Assembly: GCA_963846165.1 (NCBI GenBank)
Contig: CAWJUU010000004.1
Coordinates: forward strand, 8,143-72,142
Direction of reading: 5' to 3'
DNA from: an uncultured Solirubrobacterales bacterium
GTDB taxonomy: Bacteria > Actinomycetota > Thermoleophilia > Solirubrobacterales > 70-9
Length of the DNA stretch: 64,000 bases
Positions 18,872-28,508 of the stretch are shown piece by piece. The notes beneath the pieces are model-generated. The model did no database searches. It was given only the letters and a program-made list of their open reading frames with translations, and had not been told where the DNA came from. Numbering within the stretch: position 1 is the first letter of the stretch; each line of letters begins with the position of its first letter. Both the position numbers and the translations under genes were made by a program.

Positions 18872-19858
18872 TCAGCCGTCCGGGTAGGGCTGCACCGGGA
18901 TCCCGTGGTCGGTCTCGCGCATGCCGATCTCGTACGCGGCGGCGCCGACGCACTCGAGCCGGCGCGGCTCGGCGCCCTTGCGCTCGATCGTCAGCTCGAG
19001 GTCGGAGATCGAGCAGTTGAGCGTGTTGTGCTCGGGGCCCTTCGGGTCGGCGTAGACCCAGGCGACGAAGTTGCGCGGCTCCGATGAGACCCGGCCGCGG
19101 AGCTTGATCTCCTTGCCGGCCATCTCGAACTCGCACGCGGTCGGCTCGTCTTCGATCTTGGTCGAGCGGATGCGGTCGAAGCCGCCCAGCCGGTGCGTCT
19201 CGCCGTCGATCGCGAGGATCCCGTTGCCGACCCACGGCGTCGTCCACGGGCCGACCTTGATCCTGCCGAGCGCCGCGTCGAAGTAGCCGTCGCCCTCGCG
19301 GAACTCGTTCGCCTGGATCCAGGTCCAGCGCTCGGCGTGCTCGGCGCCCCAGTTGTGACCGATCATCCCCGGCCAGGCGTCGACCTCGAGCTCGAGCCCG
19401 TCGACCGTGACCGTGCCCGAGTAGCGGGCGTCGGGGTACGGGGAGAGGAACTTCGTCTTCGGCAGCGGTGCGCCGTAGAGGAACTGGTATGGCAGGTGGT
19501 GGAAGGCCTCGGCCTCGGAGTCGAACTCGAGCTCCCAGGAAGCGGCCAGCTCGGCGGTCTCGACCCCGCCGCGCGCGCGGCCGGGCTCGAGCCGGGCGCC
19601 GGCGACCTCGATGTAGCCGCCGGCCGGCGCCGAGACCTCGGCGGCCGGCACGGTCACCTTCGTCGCCCGGGGGCCGGGAGCGTCGGCGTCGAAGAGCGTG
19701 AACCACAGCGACCCGTTCGGCTCTTCCCCCGGTCGCTTGTGGACCGTGTGGCGGATCCAGATCGCCTGGCCGCCTCCCGGCCGGGTTGCCTTGATGTAGA
19801 AGCTCTCGTAGTGCCCCGCGCCGAGGCCGGCGGCCGGAAAGCGCGCCTCGGTTCGCAC
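18872..19858 (-). CDS. conserved hypothetical protein
   Basis: Intact 328-aa ORF with protein-like composition (HYESFYIKA..IWIRHTVHK..GMIGHNWGAEHAERWTWIQ). I cannot confidently name a domain. Confidence 0.6.
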   Translation of the reverse strand: MRTEARFPAAGLGAGHYESFYIKATRPGGGQAIWIRHTVHKRPGEEPNGSLWFTLFDADAPGPRATKVTVPAAEVSAPAGGYIEVAGARLEPGRARGGVETAELAASWELEFDSEAEAFHHLPYQFLYGAPLPKTKFLSPYPDARYSGTVTVDGLELEVDAWPGMIGHNWGAEHAERWTWIQANEFREGDGYFDAALGRIKVGPWTTPWVGNGILAIDGETHRLGGFDRIRSTKIEDEPTACEFEMAGKEIKLRGRVSSEPRNFVAWVYADPKGPEHNTLNCSISDLELTIERKGAEPRRLECVGAAAYEIGMRETDHGIPVQPYPDG

Positions 19859-19897
19859 GCGCGGAACTTACAGGCGGCCGCGGCGGCGGAGGTACGG

Positions 19898-21578
19898 CTA
19901 CTGCTTCGGGATCACGACCTGCGCGCAAGGCGGCGCGCCCGGCACGGAGCTGTCGCCCGTGTCCAGGACCGGCGCGTCGTTCGCGTCGAGCAGGTCGACC
20001 GTGAGCCGGCTCTTGGTCACCTCGACCTGTGCGTAGCTGAACTGGTCGATCGCGGCGCACTGCATCCCGACTCCGTCCGGCGGCTGGCGGCTTGAGGAAC
20101 GCGTCGTGGACCAGCGGGCCGCGCGGCCGGATTGCCGGCCGCGTCGCTGATCTCCAGCGCAGTAGCTGGCGGTGGCGATCGGGCCGGTGGTCACGTCGAG
20201 GATCCCGGAGTTCTGCACGCCGGCGCCGCCGAGCGTGTTGAAGCGGGCGTCGTTGACCAGGTTGCCGTGCACGTCGGTGGTCAGGAAGACGGCGTTCTTG
20301 ACGTTCTTCTGCAGGTAGCGCGAGCACCGCCTGGCGCTCGGCCTCGTAGCCCTCCCAGCGGTCGTAGGGCGTCGCGTAGTACTGCTGGATCGGGACCTCG
20401 TTGAAGATCACCTTGAAGGTCGCGTCCGAGTTCGCGATCGCCTTCTTGAACTTCTGCAGCTGCTTCGCGCCGAGCATCGTCCGGCTCGGGTCGTTGATCG
20501 CCTCGACGCAGCCGGGCGGCGGCGGGTTGGCGAGCGGCGGGACGATGAGCGCGAAGACGTCGCGGGTGCTCTGCGGCGCGGTCGGCGCGAGGTCGGGGTT
20601 GCCGCTGCCGGGCGGGTTGTCGCAGACGCCCGGGTAGTCGGCGCCGGTGGCTGCGGAACGAGCGCTCGTCGAGGAAGAAGATCTCCAGGTTCTTGCCCCA
20701 GCGCGACCGTGCGGTAGATCCCGTTCTTCTTCTTGTAGGTGATCGGGTTGTAGTCGGTGAACGCGTCGACGCCGCGCTTGTAGAGCTTCTCGCCGTCGAT
20801 GTTGACGTCGCCGACGCCGAGCGGGAAGACGTCCTCGCCGAGCGCGCGAAGTCGTTGATGAACTCGTGGTCGTCCCAGTGCGCGTAGTAGGCGGCCGAGC
20901 CGCGCGCCTTCGCCCACGGCTTCATCGCCAGGTTCGTCTGGTAGGCGGCCCACTTCTGCTTCGTCGTCAGCGCGACGTCGGCGAGGCCGTACCCGGGCAC
21001 CTCGGTGTCGGAGTAGATCGTGTCGCCCAGCAGCACGTTGAAGTCGTTCTTCTGCTGCGCGGATCGCGTTCCAGACCTCGAAGTTGTTCCAGTACGGGGT
21101 CGTCTCGCCCGGGCTGCGGCCGCGCGTCCTGGTCGCCGGAGAGCGCGAAGCGGATCGTCTGCTTGGACTTCGAGCTCGGGCGCGGTGGTGAACTTGCCGG
21201 TGTCGCTCTTGCGCGCCGCCGTCCATGCAGAAGCGGTACTTGTAGTCGGTGTCGGGCTCGAGCTTCTTGGCCTTCTTCTGGACCGTGTTGTCGTTCGAGC
21301 TCTTCGCCTTCGCCGTCAGGTCGCCGGCCTCGGGGTCGCAGCTTGCCGAACCCGCCCCTGTCGGTGAGCTGAACCTCGACCTCACCGCTCTTCTTGGCCT
21401 TCGCCCAGAGGATCGCCGAGCTCGAGGTGACGTCGCCGGAGGAGACGCCGAGCTCGAACCCCTTCGCCTTCGCGGAGGCGCCGGGCGCGGCAACGAGCGC
21501 GCCGGCGACGGCGAGGCTCGAGACAAGACCGATCAGGCGGGTGCGCTTCCCTGCTAGCACTGCGGCGCAGCCTAACAT
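19898..21578 (-). pseudogene. phoD: PhoD-family alkaline phosphatase, about 12 frameshifts
   Basis: Signal peptide + GVSSGDVTSSSAILWAKA, LLGDTIYSD, YAHWDDHEFINDF, IFFLDERSFRS, FLTTDVHGN and a C-terminal QFSYAQVEVTKSRL. These are spread over three frames that must be spliced about 12 times. Confidence 0.8.
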
Positions 21579-21586
21579 GGCCGCCC

Positions 21587-23115
21587 GTGCAGGAGGAGAA
21601 AAGCCGCCGTGGGGGGTTTCTCGCTCGCGTCGCCGGCGGCACGCTGCTGCTCGTCGGCGCCGCGGGCGCTGTCGCGGCGCTCGCGCTCGCGCTCGGGCTC
21701 GGGCAGCGCGACCCGCTCGACCTCGACGTGATCAAGATCGCCCGCGAGGCGAGCGCCGCTGCCGCGCCCGAGTCGGATCCGTTCGCGTGGACGGCGTCGC
21801 GGCGGCGAGGAGTTCGAGAGTCGCGCCGCGACCGGCGCCTCGCACGTGATCTACGAGATGAGCCCGGGCGGAGCGGCCGCCTCGGCCGAGCGCACGGCGG
21901 CCTACCGCGACCGGATCGAGGGCGCCGCGGTTCGCCACGGGATCGACCCGGACACGCTCGAGGCGGTGATCTTCTTGGAAAGCGCCGGGCGCCCCGAGGT
22001 CAGCGCCGGCCCGACTCCCGAGGCAGCTTCGGGGCTCGCGCAGATCATCCCCTCGACCGCGACCGACCTGCTCGGGATGGAGGTGGACCTGGCGCGCAGC
22101 ATCGAGCTCACCGAGCAGCTCTCCACCGCGCGAACGCCCGAGCAGGCCGAGCGGCTGCGCGCGCGAGCGCGCCGCGATCGACGAGCGCTTCGATCCCGAG
22201 AAGGCGATCGAGGGGGCCGCCACCTACCTCGAGATCGCCTCCGATCGCTTCGGCGCCGACGACCTCGCGGTCGCCTCCTACCACATGGGCATCGGCAACC
22301 TCGAGAGCGTCCTGCGCGCCTATGCCCGCAGCGGCGACCAACAGCCGATCGGCGATCTCGTCGCCTCCGAAGGCCTCTCCTACGCCCAGGTCTACTTCGA
22401 CTCCTCGCCGTTCGCGCACGAGCAGGCCCACGAGCTGCTCACGGGCTTCGGCGACGAGTCCTCGGAGTACCTGTGGAAGGTGCGCGCGTCGGAGGGCGTC
22501 ATGCAGCTCTACCGCAAGGATCCCGAGCGACTCACCGAGACCGCCGAGCTGGCGACCGCGAAGGCGACCCTGGAGGAGGTCTTTCACCCCGAGGCCGAGA
22601 CCGAGGTGTTCGAGGATCCCGGCGCGATCGAGGACGCGGTCGGCGACGGTGAGCTCGCGCGGTTGCCGTTCGAGCCCGGGCTCGGCTGGATCCCCGACGA
22701 CTCGCTCGGCGAGCTGGCCCCGGAGCTCGATCAGGAGCCCGAGCTCTACCGCGCGCTGCGCCCCGAGGCGCTGGCGACGCTCAGCTACATGGCCGGCCTC
22801 GTCCTCTATGCCTCGAACGAGCCGGCGCCGCTGCTGGTCACGAGCGCGGTCCGCGACCGCACCTACCAGGAGCTGCTGATCGGCGTCAACCCCGAGGCGA
22901 CGAGCGAGTACTCGCTCCACACCACCGGCTGGGCGTTCGACATCAAGCGCGAGTACGCCTCCCGCCGCCAGGCGGTCGCCTTCCAGCACATCCTCGACCG
23001 ACTCAGCTCGCTGGCGCTGATCGACTACGCGACCGAGCCGGGTGCGATCCACGTCACCGTCTCGGAGCGCGGCAGGGAGCTGCTCGACCCGGCCCGTGGT
23101 GCGCTCAGACCTTGA
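21587..23115 (+). pseudogene. lytic transglycosylase (SLT) fused to a LAS/VanY-like peptidase domain, two frameshifts (near 21800, 22165)
   Basis: TM anchor. SLT motif IFLESAGRP..ASGLAQIIPSTA. The C-terminal SEYSLHTTGWAFDI fits the SxHxxGxAxD LAS motif. Confidence 0.7.
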
Positions 23116-24178
23116 TGTGGACGACGTCGCCGTCGGCGACCACGTAGTCGCGGCCCTCGGTGCGCAGCAGGCCCTGGTCGCGGGCGGGGACGAAGCCGCC
23201 CGCCTCGACCAGGTCCTGCCATGAGATCACCTCGGCGCGCACGAACGCCTGCTGGAGCTCGGTGTGGACCTCGCCCGCGGCTTCCCAGGCGGTCGAGCCG
23301 CGCCTGAGCGCGCGCGCCATCGCCTCCTTGCCGGAGTCGGCGGTGAAGAACTGGATCAGCTCGAGCAGGTCGAAGGCGGCGTGGACGAGCCGCTCGAGAC
23401 CCGACTCGGCGATCCCGAGGCCGGCGCGCATCTCGGCCGCCTCGGCGTCGGGAAGCTCGCCGAGCTCGGACTCGACCAGGGCCGAGATCGCCACCGCGAC
23501 CGCGCCGACGGCGCGAGCGTGCTCGGCGACCGCCGCGGGCACCTCGTCGACGCCCTCGTCGACGTTGGCGACGTAGAGGATCGGCTTCGAGGTCAGCGCC
23601 GCGAGCTTGCGCGGGGCGTCCTCGGCCCCCGCCGGCACCGGCACCTCGCGGACCGCCCGGCCGCCGGCGAGCGCCTCGACGACGGCCTCGAGCCACTCGC
23701 GCTCGGCGACCGCCTGCTTGTCGAGCGAGCGGGCCTGCTTGGTCACCCGTTCGAGCCGGCGCTCGGCCTGCTCGAGGTCCGCCGCCAGCAGCTCGGTCTC
23801 GATCAGCTCGATGTCGTCGAGCGGGTCGATGCGCCCCTCGGGGTGCGCGACGCCCCCGCTCGAGTGGCAGCGGACGACATGGCAGATCGCGACCGTCTCG
23901 CGGATCGCGGCGAGGAACTGGTTGCCGAGCCCCTCGCCCTGCGAGGCGCCGCGCACGAGCCCGGCGATGTCATGGAACTCGATCGTCTCGTGGACGACCT
24001 CGCTCGCCGCGAGCGTCTCGGCGACGCGCTCGATCCGCTCGTCGGGGACGGGGACGATCGCGACGTTGGGGTCGATCGTGGTGAAGGCGTAGTCGGCGGT
24101 CTCGGCGCCGGCGCGGGTGAGCGCGTTGAAGAGCGTCGACTTGCCGGCGTTCGGCAGCCCGACGATGCCGATCTTCAC
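23105..24178 (-). CDS. ychF: redox-regulated ATPase YchF
   Basis: GTG 24178. VKIGIVGLPNAGKSTLFNALT. TGS-like C-terminus (RTEGRDYVVADGDVVHIKV). Confidence 0.9.
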   Translation of the reverse strand: MKIGIVGLPNAGKSTLFNALTRAGAETADYAFTTIDPNVAIVPVPDERIERVAETLAASEVVHETIEFHDIAGLVRGASQGEGLGNQFLAAIRETVAICHVVRCHSSGGVAHPEGRIDPLDDIELIETELLAADLEQAERRLERVTKQARSLDKQAVAEREWLEAVVEALAGGRAVREVPVPAGAEDAPRKLAALTSKPILYVANVDEGVDEVPAAVAEHARAVGAVAVAISALVESELGELPDAEAAEMRAGLGIAESGLERLVHAAFDLLELIQFFTADSGKEAMARALRRGSTAWEAAGEVHTELQQAFVRAEVISWQDLVEAGGFVPARDQGLLRTEGRDYVVADGDVVHIKV

Positions 24179-24903
24179 GCGGTCGCGGGATCGACGGGGT
24201 CGTCGGCCGCGACCGGCGCCGCCGCGCCGCCGTTGCCCGTTGCCCGGCGGCTCGCGTGGGCGCGCTGGTTTGCATCGACGGCGAGCTCGAACAAACGCTC
24301 CTCGGTTGGCGACGCCCCGAGTCCGGGAACCAGCCTGCCGAGGCAGTAGCCGAGCGCGGCCCCGCCGAGCACGTCGGACGGGTAGTGCATGCCGAGATAG
24401 GGCCGACCGATGCAGATCGCCGCGGCGAGCGCGAACAGGTAGGGGCGCGCCCGCGGCTCGACCCGTCCGCACGCGGTCGCCGCGGCGACCGAGGACGTCG
24501 CATGGGCGGACGGGAACGAGAGCTTGGTCGGCGCCCTGGCGAGCGGAGGGTGCTCCTCGATCAGCGGCCGCTCGCGGCCGACCGAGACCTTGGCGAGGAA
24601 GTTGATCCCGACCGCGATTGGCCCGGTGGCGCCTGCGGCCAGCCACTGGCGCCGGCGCTTGGGGTCGATCGACGCCCCGACGGCGCCGATCCCGACCCAG
24701 ACGGCCGCGTACTCACCGGCCAGGCCGAGCGCCTTGATCACCGTCTCGATCGGCTCCTGGTGACCACGCGTGCGCAGGAACCGAAGCACGACCTGGTCGG
24801 CATCCCCCAACGCGGCGAGCACTGGGTGGCGCGTGCGGCGGGCGAACAGCGAGCGGCCCTTGCTGCGCGCGAGCACCGTGCCGCGACGTTTGCGTTCGAA
24901 CAC
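24175..24903 (-). CDS. PAP2-family phosphatase
   Basis: PAP2 motifs KVSVGRERP, SFPSAHA and GRPYLGMHYPSDV. The stop overlaps the ychF start. Start GTG 24903 is tentative. Confidence 0.7.
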   Translation of the reverse strand: MFERKRRGTVLARSKGRSLFARRTRHPVLAALGDADQVVLRFLRTRGHQEPIETVIKALGLAGEYAAVWVGIGAVGASIDPKRRRQWLAAGATGPIAVGINFLAKVSVGRERPLIEEHPPLARAPTKLSFPSAHATSSVAAATACGRVEPRARPYLFALAAAICIGRPYLGMHYPSDVLGGAALGYCLGRLVPGLGASPTEERLFELAVDANQRAHASRRATGNGGAAAPVAADDPVDPATA

Positions 24904-24922
24904 GGGCGCCAGGATACGGGGG

Positions 24923-26269
24923 CTAGAGCTCCCGGCGGAGCACCGTGGTCGCCGCCTCGGTCGCGCGCTGCAGCGGGCCGCGGCCGTTCCAGCGATCGGC
25001 ATGGATCTCCTCTGAGCGACCGAGGTCGCGCTCGAACGCTTCCGAAAGTTCGGCCGCGAAGCGCTCGTCCCAGATGCAGAGCGTGACCTCGTCGTGGAGC
25101 TGGAACGAGCGGTTGTCGAAGTTGATGGTGCCGACCGACGACCAGGCACCGTCGATGCAGAGGGTCTTCGCGTGCAGCATTGTCGGCTGGTACTCCCAGA
25201 TCCGCGCTCCCGCCTCGAGCAGCTGTTCGTAGGCCGCCCGCCCCGCGACCCGGACCAAGCCCTTGTCGATATGGGGGCCCGGGACCAGGATGCGGACATC
25301 GACGCCGCGCTCGGCCGCGGCGCAGAGCGCGTCCGTGAACGCCGGGCGGGGGACGAAGTAGGCGGCGGTGAGTTGGATCGTCCGGCGCGCCGACGAGATC
25401 GCCAGGTAGTACAGCGCCTCGGCATTGGTATCGCCGACCTTGGCGCTCGAGCGCACGAGCTGCATCCGCCCGCCACCGTCGACCGGCTCGAGCTCGGGCA
25501 GGTAGCCCTCGCCCGAGAGCACCTCGCCGGTGCCCTCGAGCCAGTTTTCGGCGAACGTTCCCTGCATCCCGCGGACCACCGGACCGCGAACGCGCACGTG
25601 GGTGTCGCGCCAGTGCTCCGCGTCCTCGGCGTCTCCCGTCCACTCACCCGCGATCCCGACGCCGCCAGTCATCCCGACGCGGCCGTCGGCGATCAGCAGC
25701 CGCCTGTGCGTCCGGTTGGCGACTCGCTTGATCGCGTACGGCTTCGGCGGGCGAAAGAGGATCACCTTGACCCCGGCCGACTCCATCTCGTCGATCAGCG
25801 AGCGCTCCATCTTCGCCGCTCCGAGCGCGTCGAGGATCACGTTGCAGCGCACCCCGTGTTGCGCCCGCTCACCGATCGCACCCGCGACCTCGGCGGCGAT
25901 CTCGCCGCGCCAGTAGACGTACGTCTGGACATTCAGCGTCTGCTGCGCCGAGGCGATCGTCTCCAGGAAAACGGGGAAGATCCGATCGCCGTTGATCAGC
26001 AGCTCAGCACGGTTTCCGTCCGAGATCGGCGCGCTGGTGAGCGCCTCGGCGGCGCGCAGGAAGTTCTCCGAACCGACCTCGATGTCGGTGGCGACCTCGT
26101 AGCCGAAGGCGCCCTCGCGACGGTGGCGAAGACTGTCGGCGGCGTACCAGCCGAGCAGCGCGGCGCCGGCGAGGGCCGGAGCGCCGTAGGTGCGCAAGGC
26201 CTGTCCGAGTCTTGGACCTTCGCGGCGCACGCGCGGCGGCTCGACTCGGAGGTCGCGCATGAGTCTCAT
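24923..26269 (-). CDS. cls: cardiolipin synthase / phospholipase D family
   Basis: Two HKD-type motifs: THRRLLIADGRVGMTGGVGI and LHAKTLCIDGAWSSVGTINFDNRS. Confidence 0.85.
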   Translation of the reverse strand: MRLMRDLRVEPPRVRREGPRLGQALRTYGAPALAGAALLGWYAADSLRHRREGAFGYEVATDIEVGSENFLRAAEALTSAPISDGNRAELLINGDRIFPVFLETIASAQQTLNVQTYVYWRGEIAAEVAGAIGERAQHGVRCNVILDALGAAKMERSLIDEMESAGVKVILFRPPKPYAIKRVANRTHRRLLIADGRVGMTGGVGIAGEWTGDAEDAEHWRDTHVRVRGPVVRGMQGTFAENWLEGTGEVLSGEGYLPELEPVDGGGRMQLVRSSAKVGDTNAEALYYLAISSARRTIQLTAAYFVPRPAFTDALCAAAERGVDVRILVPGPHIDKGLVRVAGRAAYEQLLEAGARIWEYQPTMLHAKTLCIDGAWSSVGTINFDNRSFQLHDEVTLCIWDERFAAELSEAFERDLGRSEEIHADRWNGRGPLQRATEAATTVLRREL

Positions 26270-27108
26270 CGGCCGACGACGACCTCGAAGGCGCCCGGCT
26301 CGACCTCGAACCGGATGTCGGCGGCCTCGACGAGTTCGCCGTCGACGTTGAAGCCGGTTGCGCCGTCAGTCTCGACCTCGACTCGGCGCCCCTGGCCGGT
26401 AACCACTCCCTGCTGGTGTTCGACTCGGCCGGCGCGCATGCCGTAGGCGTGGGCGACCAACCGGGCTCGCGAGCCGGCCTCGATCACGACAACGTCGAGG
26501 ATGCCGTCGTCGGGCTTGGCCTCGACCTCGGAGCCGCCTCCGAAGGCGCCCGTGCAGGCGACGGTCACCTGCCAGACACGCCCCTCGAAGAGCTCGTGCT
26601 CGTCGCAGCAAACGCGGCAGGCGATCGGATTGGCGCTGAACCCGGCTCGCAGCGCCCCGACCGCGTAAGCAAGCGGACCGAGGAGCCGCTTGAGCCCTTC
26701 GGCTCGCCGGGCGGCGGCCGGCGAGAGCCCGGCGCTGGCGGCGTTGACGAATGGGCGCTCGGCCGTGCGACCGAGGTCGAGCGGGCGTGTGCGGTTGCCT
26801 TCGACAGCAAGCTCGACCGCCTCAGTGGGGTCGAGCGGAAGGTCGAGCGCACGGGCGAAGTCGTTCGCTGTGCCGACAGGGATCACGGCGAGCGGCACCT
26901 CAGCCCGGGACGCGATCTCGGCCGCGCAACCGACCGAGCCGTCGCCGCCCGCGACGACGATCCGCTCGGGGCGCGAGGCGATCACGTCGCTCCCGTCATC
27001 GAGGCCGAAGCAGGTCAACTCCGCATCGCGCCCGCGAAGCAGCCGCACGACTTCCCCCGCCTCGCCCGACCCGGAGTCCGGGTTGGCGAGCAGCGCGACC
27101 CTCGTCAC
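26266..27108 (-). CDS. diacylglycerol/lipid kinase family protein (YegS-like)
   Basis: RVALLANPDSGSG...IVVAGGDGSVGCAA...IPVGTANDFAR. There is a 4-nt overlap with cls. Confidence 0.8.
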   Translation of the reverse strand: MTRVALLANPDSGSGEAGEVVRLLRGRDAELTCFGLDDGSDVIASRPERIVVAGGDGSVGCAAEIASRAEVPLAVIPVGTANDFARALDLPLDPTEAVELAVEGNRTRPLDLGRTAERPFVNAASAGLSPAAARRAEGLKRLLGPLAYAVGALRAGFSANPIACRVCCDEHELFEGRVWQVTVACTGAFGGGSEVEAKPDDGILDVVVIEAGSRARLVAHAYGMRAGRVEHQQGVVTGQGRRVEVETDGATGFNVDGELVEAADIRFEVEPGAFEVVVGR

Positions 27109-27350
27109 TAGGTGGGCATCTTCGAACGGCCCTCGCGGCCCTTCTGGGCGCTCTTGTTCGTCGCCTTGCGCGAGGACTCGAACGGCTTCTCGGCCAGCTC
27201 ACCCGCCTTGCCGGGCAGCTTCGACGCCGCGTCCTGGCCGGTCCCGAGCGTCTTGTCGACTCCCTTCTGGGGCCACCAGGAGGCCCGCGGGAGCAGGAAA
27301 GCCAGCACGAGCAAGATGATGCAGACGGCGACGATGATCGCAATGGTCAC
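27108..27350 (-). CDS. small single-TM membrane protein
   Basis: GTG 27350 is preceded by GGAGAA. VTIAIIVAVCIILLVLAFLLP, then a Lys-rich tail. Confidence 0.4.
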   Translation of the reverse strand: MTIAIIVAVCIILLVLAFLLPRASWWPQKGVDKTLGTGQDAASKLPGKAGELAEKPFESSRKATNKSAQKGREGRSKMPT

Positions 27351-27431
27351 GGCGTTCTCCCTCGGTCGACTCCCCTGTAGGAGAGCGGTACCCGCGCGAG
27401 CGGACCGGGAAACCGGGCACAATCCCGCGCC

Positions 27432-28508
27432 GTGGGGACCGCCGACCAGCTCGCCGCCTACGAGAAGCAGTTCCGCCGCGCGGGCTTGCCGCTGTTCGTC
27501 GAGGACTTCTCGGCCTCGACCGACGTCTTCAATCGTGCCGCGCCGCTGCTCGGCCTGGTCTTCGTCGGCGAGCTGCTCGGCGCCGGACAGCTCGACTGGA
27601 CCTGGTGGCAGAACCTGCTCGCGATCCTCGGCGGCGTCGCCGTGGTGCTCGCCGCGCTTGCGCTCCTCAACCTGGCCCAGGGCCGGCCGATGAGCGCGAT
27701 CCCGGACCGGCTCGGGAAGACCGAGCTGGCCGGGTTCGTCCTCGTGCCGGCGCTGCTGCCGCTGATCTTCGGCGGCCAGCTCGGCAGCGCCGCGGCGACG
27801 ATCGCGGCCAACCTCGCGATCCTCGCGGTGATCTACGCGGTCTTCGTCTACGGGCTGCTCTCGATCCTGCGCTGGGTCTTCGTCCGCCTCGCCGGCCAGC
27901 TCGCCTCCTCGCTCGGGCTGCTCGCTAAGGCCGTCCCGCTGCTCGCGATCTTCGCCCTGCTCTCGTTCACGACCGAGGAGATGTGGGACATCTTCGCCTC
28001 GATCAGCGGCTTCGCCTACGCCTGCGTGATCGGCCTCTTCGTCGTCCTCGGGACCGTGTTCCTGGTGGTGCGGGTGCCGCGCGAGACCCGGCGGATCGAG
28101 CGCGACGCGTGCCCGGACGGTCCCAGCCTGCGACCCGCCCAGCGGATGAACGTCGGCCTCGTCCTCTTCGTCAGCCAGGCCGTGCAGGTGCTGATCGTCA
28201 GCCTCACGATCGGCGCCTTCTTCGTCGTCTTCGGCATGCTCGCGATCGACGAGGCGGTTCGGATCGAATGGACCGGCGATACCGGCAACACGCTGCTCTC
28301 GGTCTCGATCGGCGGCGATAGCTTCGAGCTCACCAGCGACCTGCTGCGGGTGGCCGGCGGGCTGGCCGCCTTCTCGGGCTTCTATTTTGCCGTGGCGATG
28401 CTCACCGACTCGACCTACCGCGAGGAGTTCCTCGAGGAGCTCGCCGACGAGATGCGGACCAGCTTCAAGGCCCGCGCCGAGTACCTGGGCCTGAGGGGAG
28501 CGACGTGA
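27432..28508 (+). CDS. integral membrane protein, unknown function
   Basis: Intact 358-aa ORF with about 6-8 hydrophobic helices. The stop overlaps the next start. Confidence 0.6.
   Translation: MGTADQLAAYEKQFRRAGLPLFVEDFSASTDVFNRAAPLLGLVFVGELLGAGQLDWTWWQNLLAILGGVAVVLAALALLNLAQGRPMSAIPDRLGKTELAGFVLVPALLPLIFGGQLGSAAATIAANLAILAVIYAVFVYGLLSILRWVFVRLAGQLASSLGLLAKAVPLLAIFALLSFTTEEMWDIFASISGFAYACVIGLFVVLGTVFLVVRVPRETRRIERDACPDGPSLRPAQRMNVGLVLFVSQAVQVLIVSLTIGAFFVVFGMLAIDEAVRIEWTGDTGNTLLSVSIGGDSFELTSDLLRVAGGLAAFSGFYFAVAMLTDSTYREEFLEELADEMRTSFKARAEYLGLRGAT

Noticed and set aside
18825-20477. 550-aa - strand ORF spanning the hypothetical gene and phoD
   Set aside because: It is a composite. Only a ~40-aa stretch (MLGAKQLQKFKKAIANSDATFKVIFNEVPIQQYYATPYDRWEGYEAERQAV) is PhoD sequence. 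The rest is out-of-frame read-through across 18872-19858.
24904-25647. Upstream extension of the PAP2 ORF (490-aa track ORF 24175-25647)
   Set aside because: It lies in an alternative frame of the cardiolipin synthase gene, and its sequence is Arg/Ser/Pro-rich. PAP2 motifs start only after about 24900.
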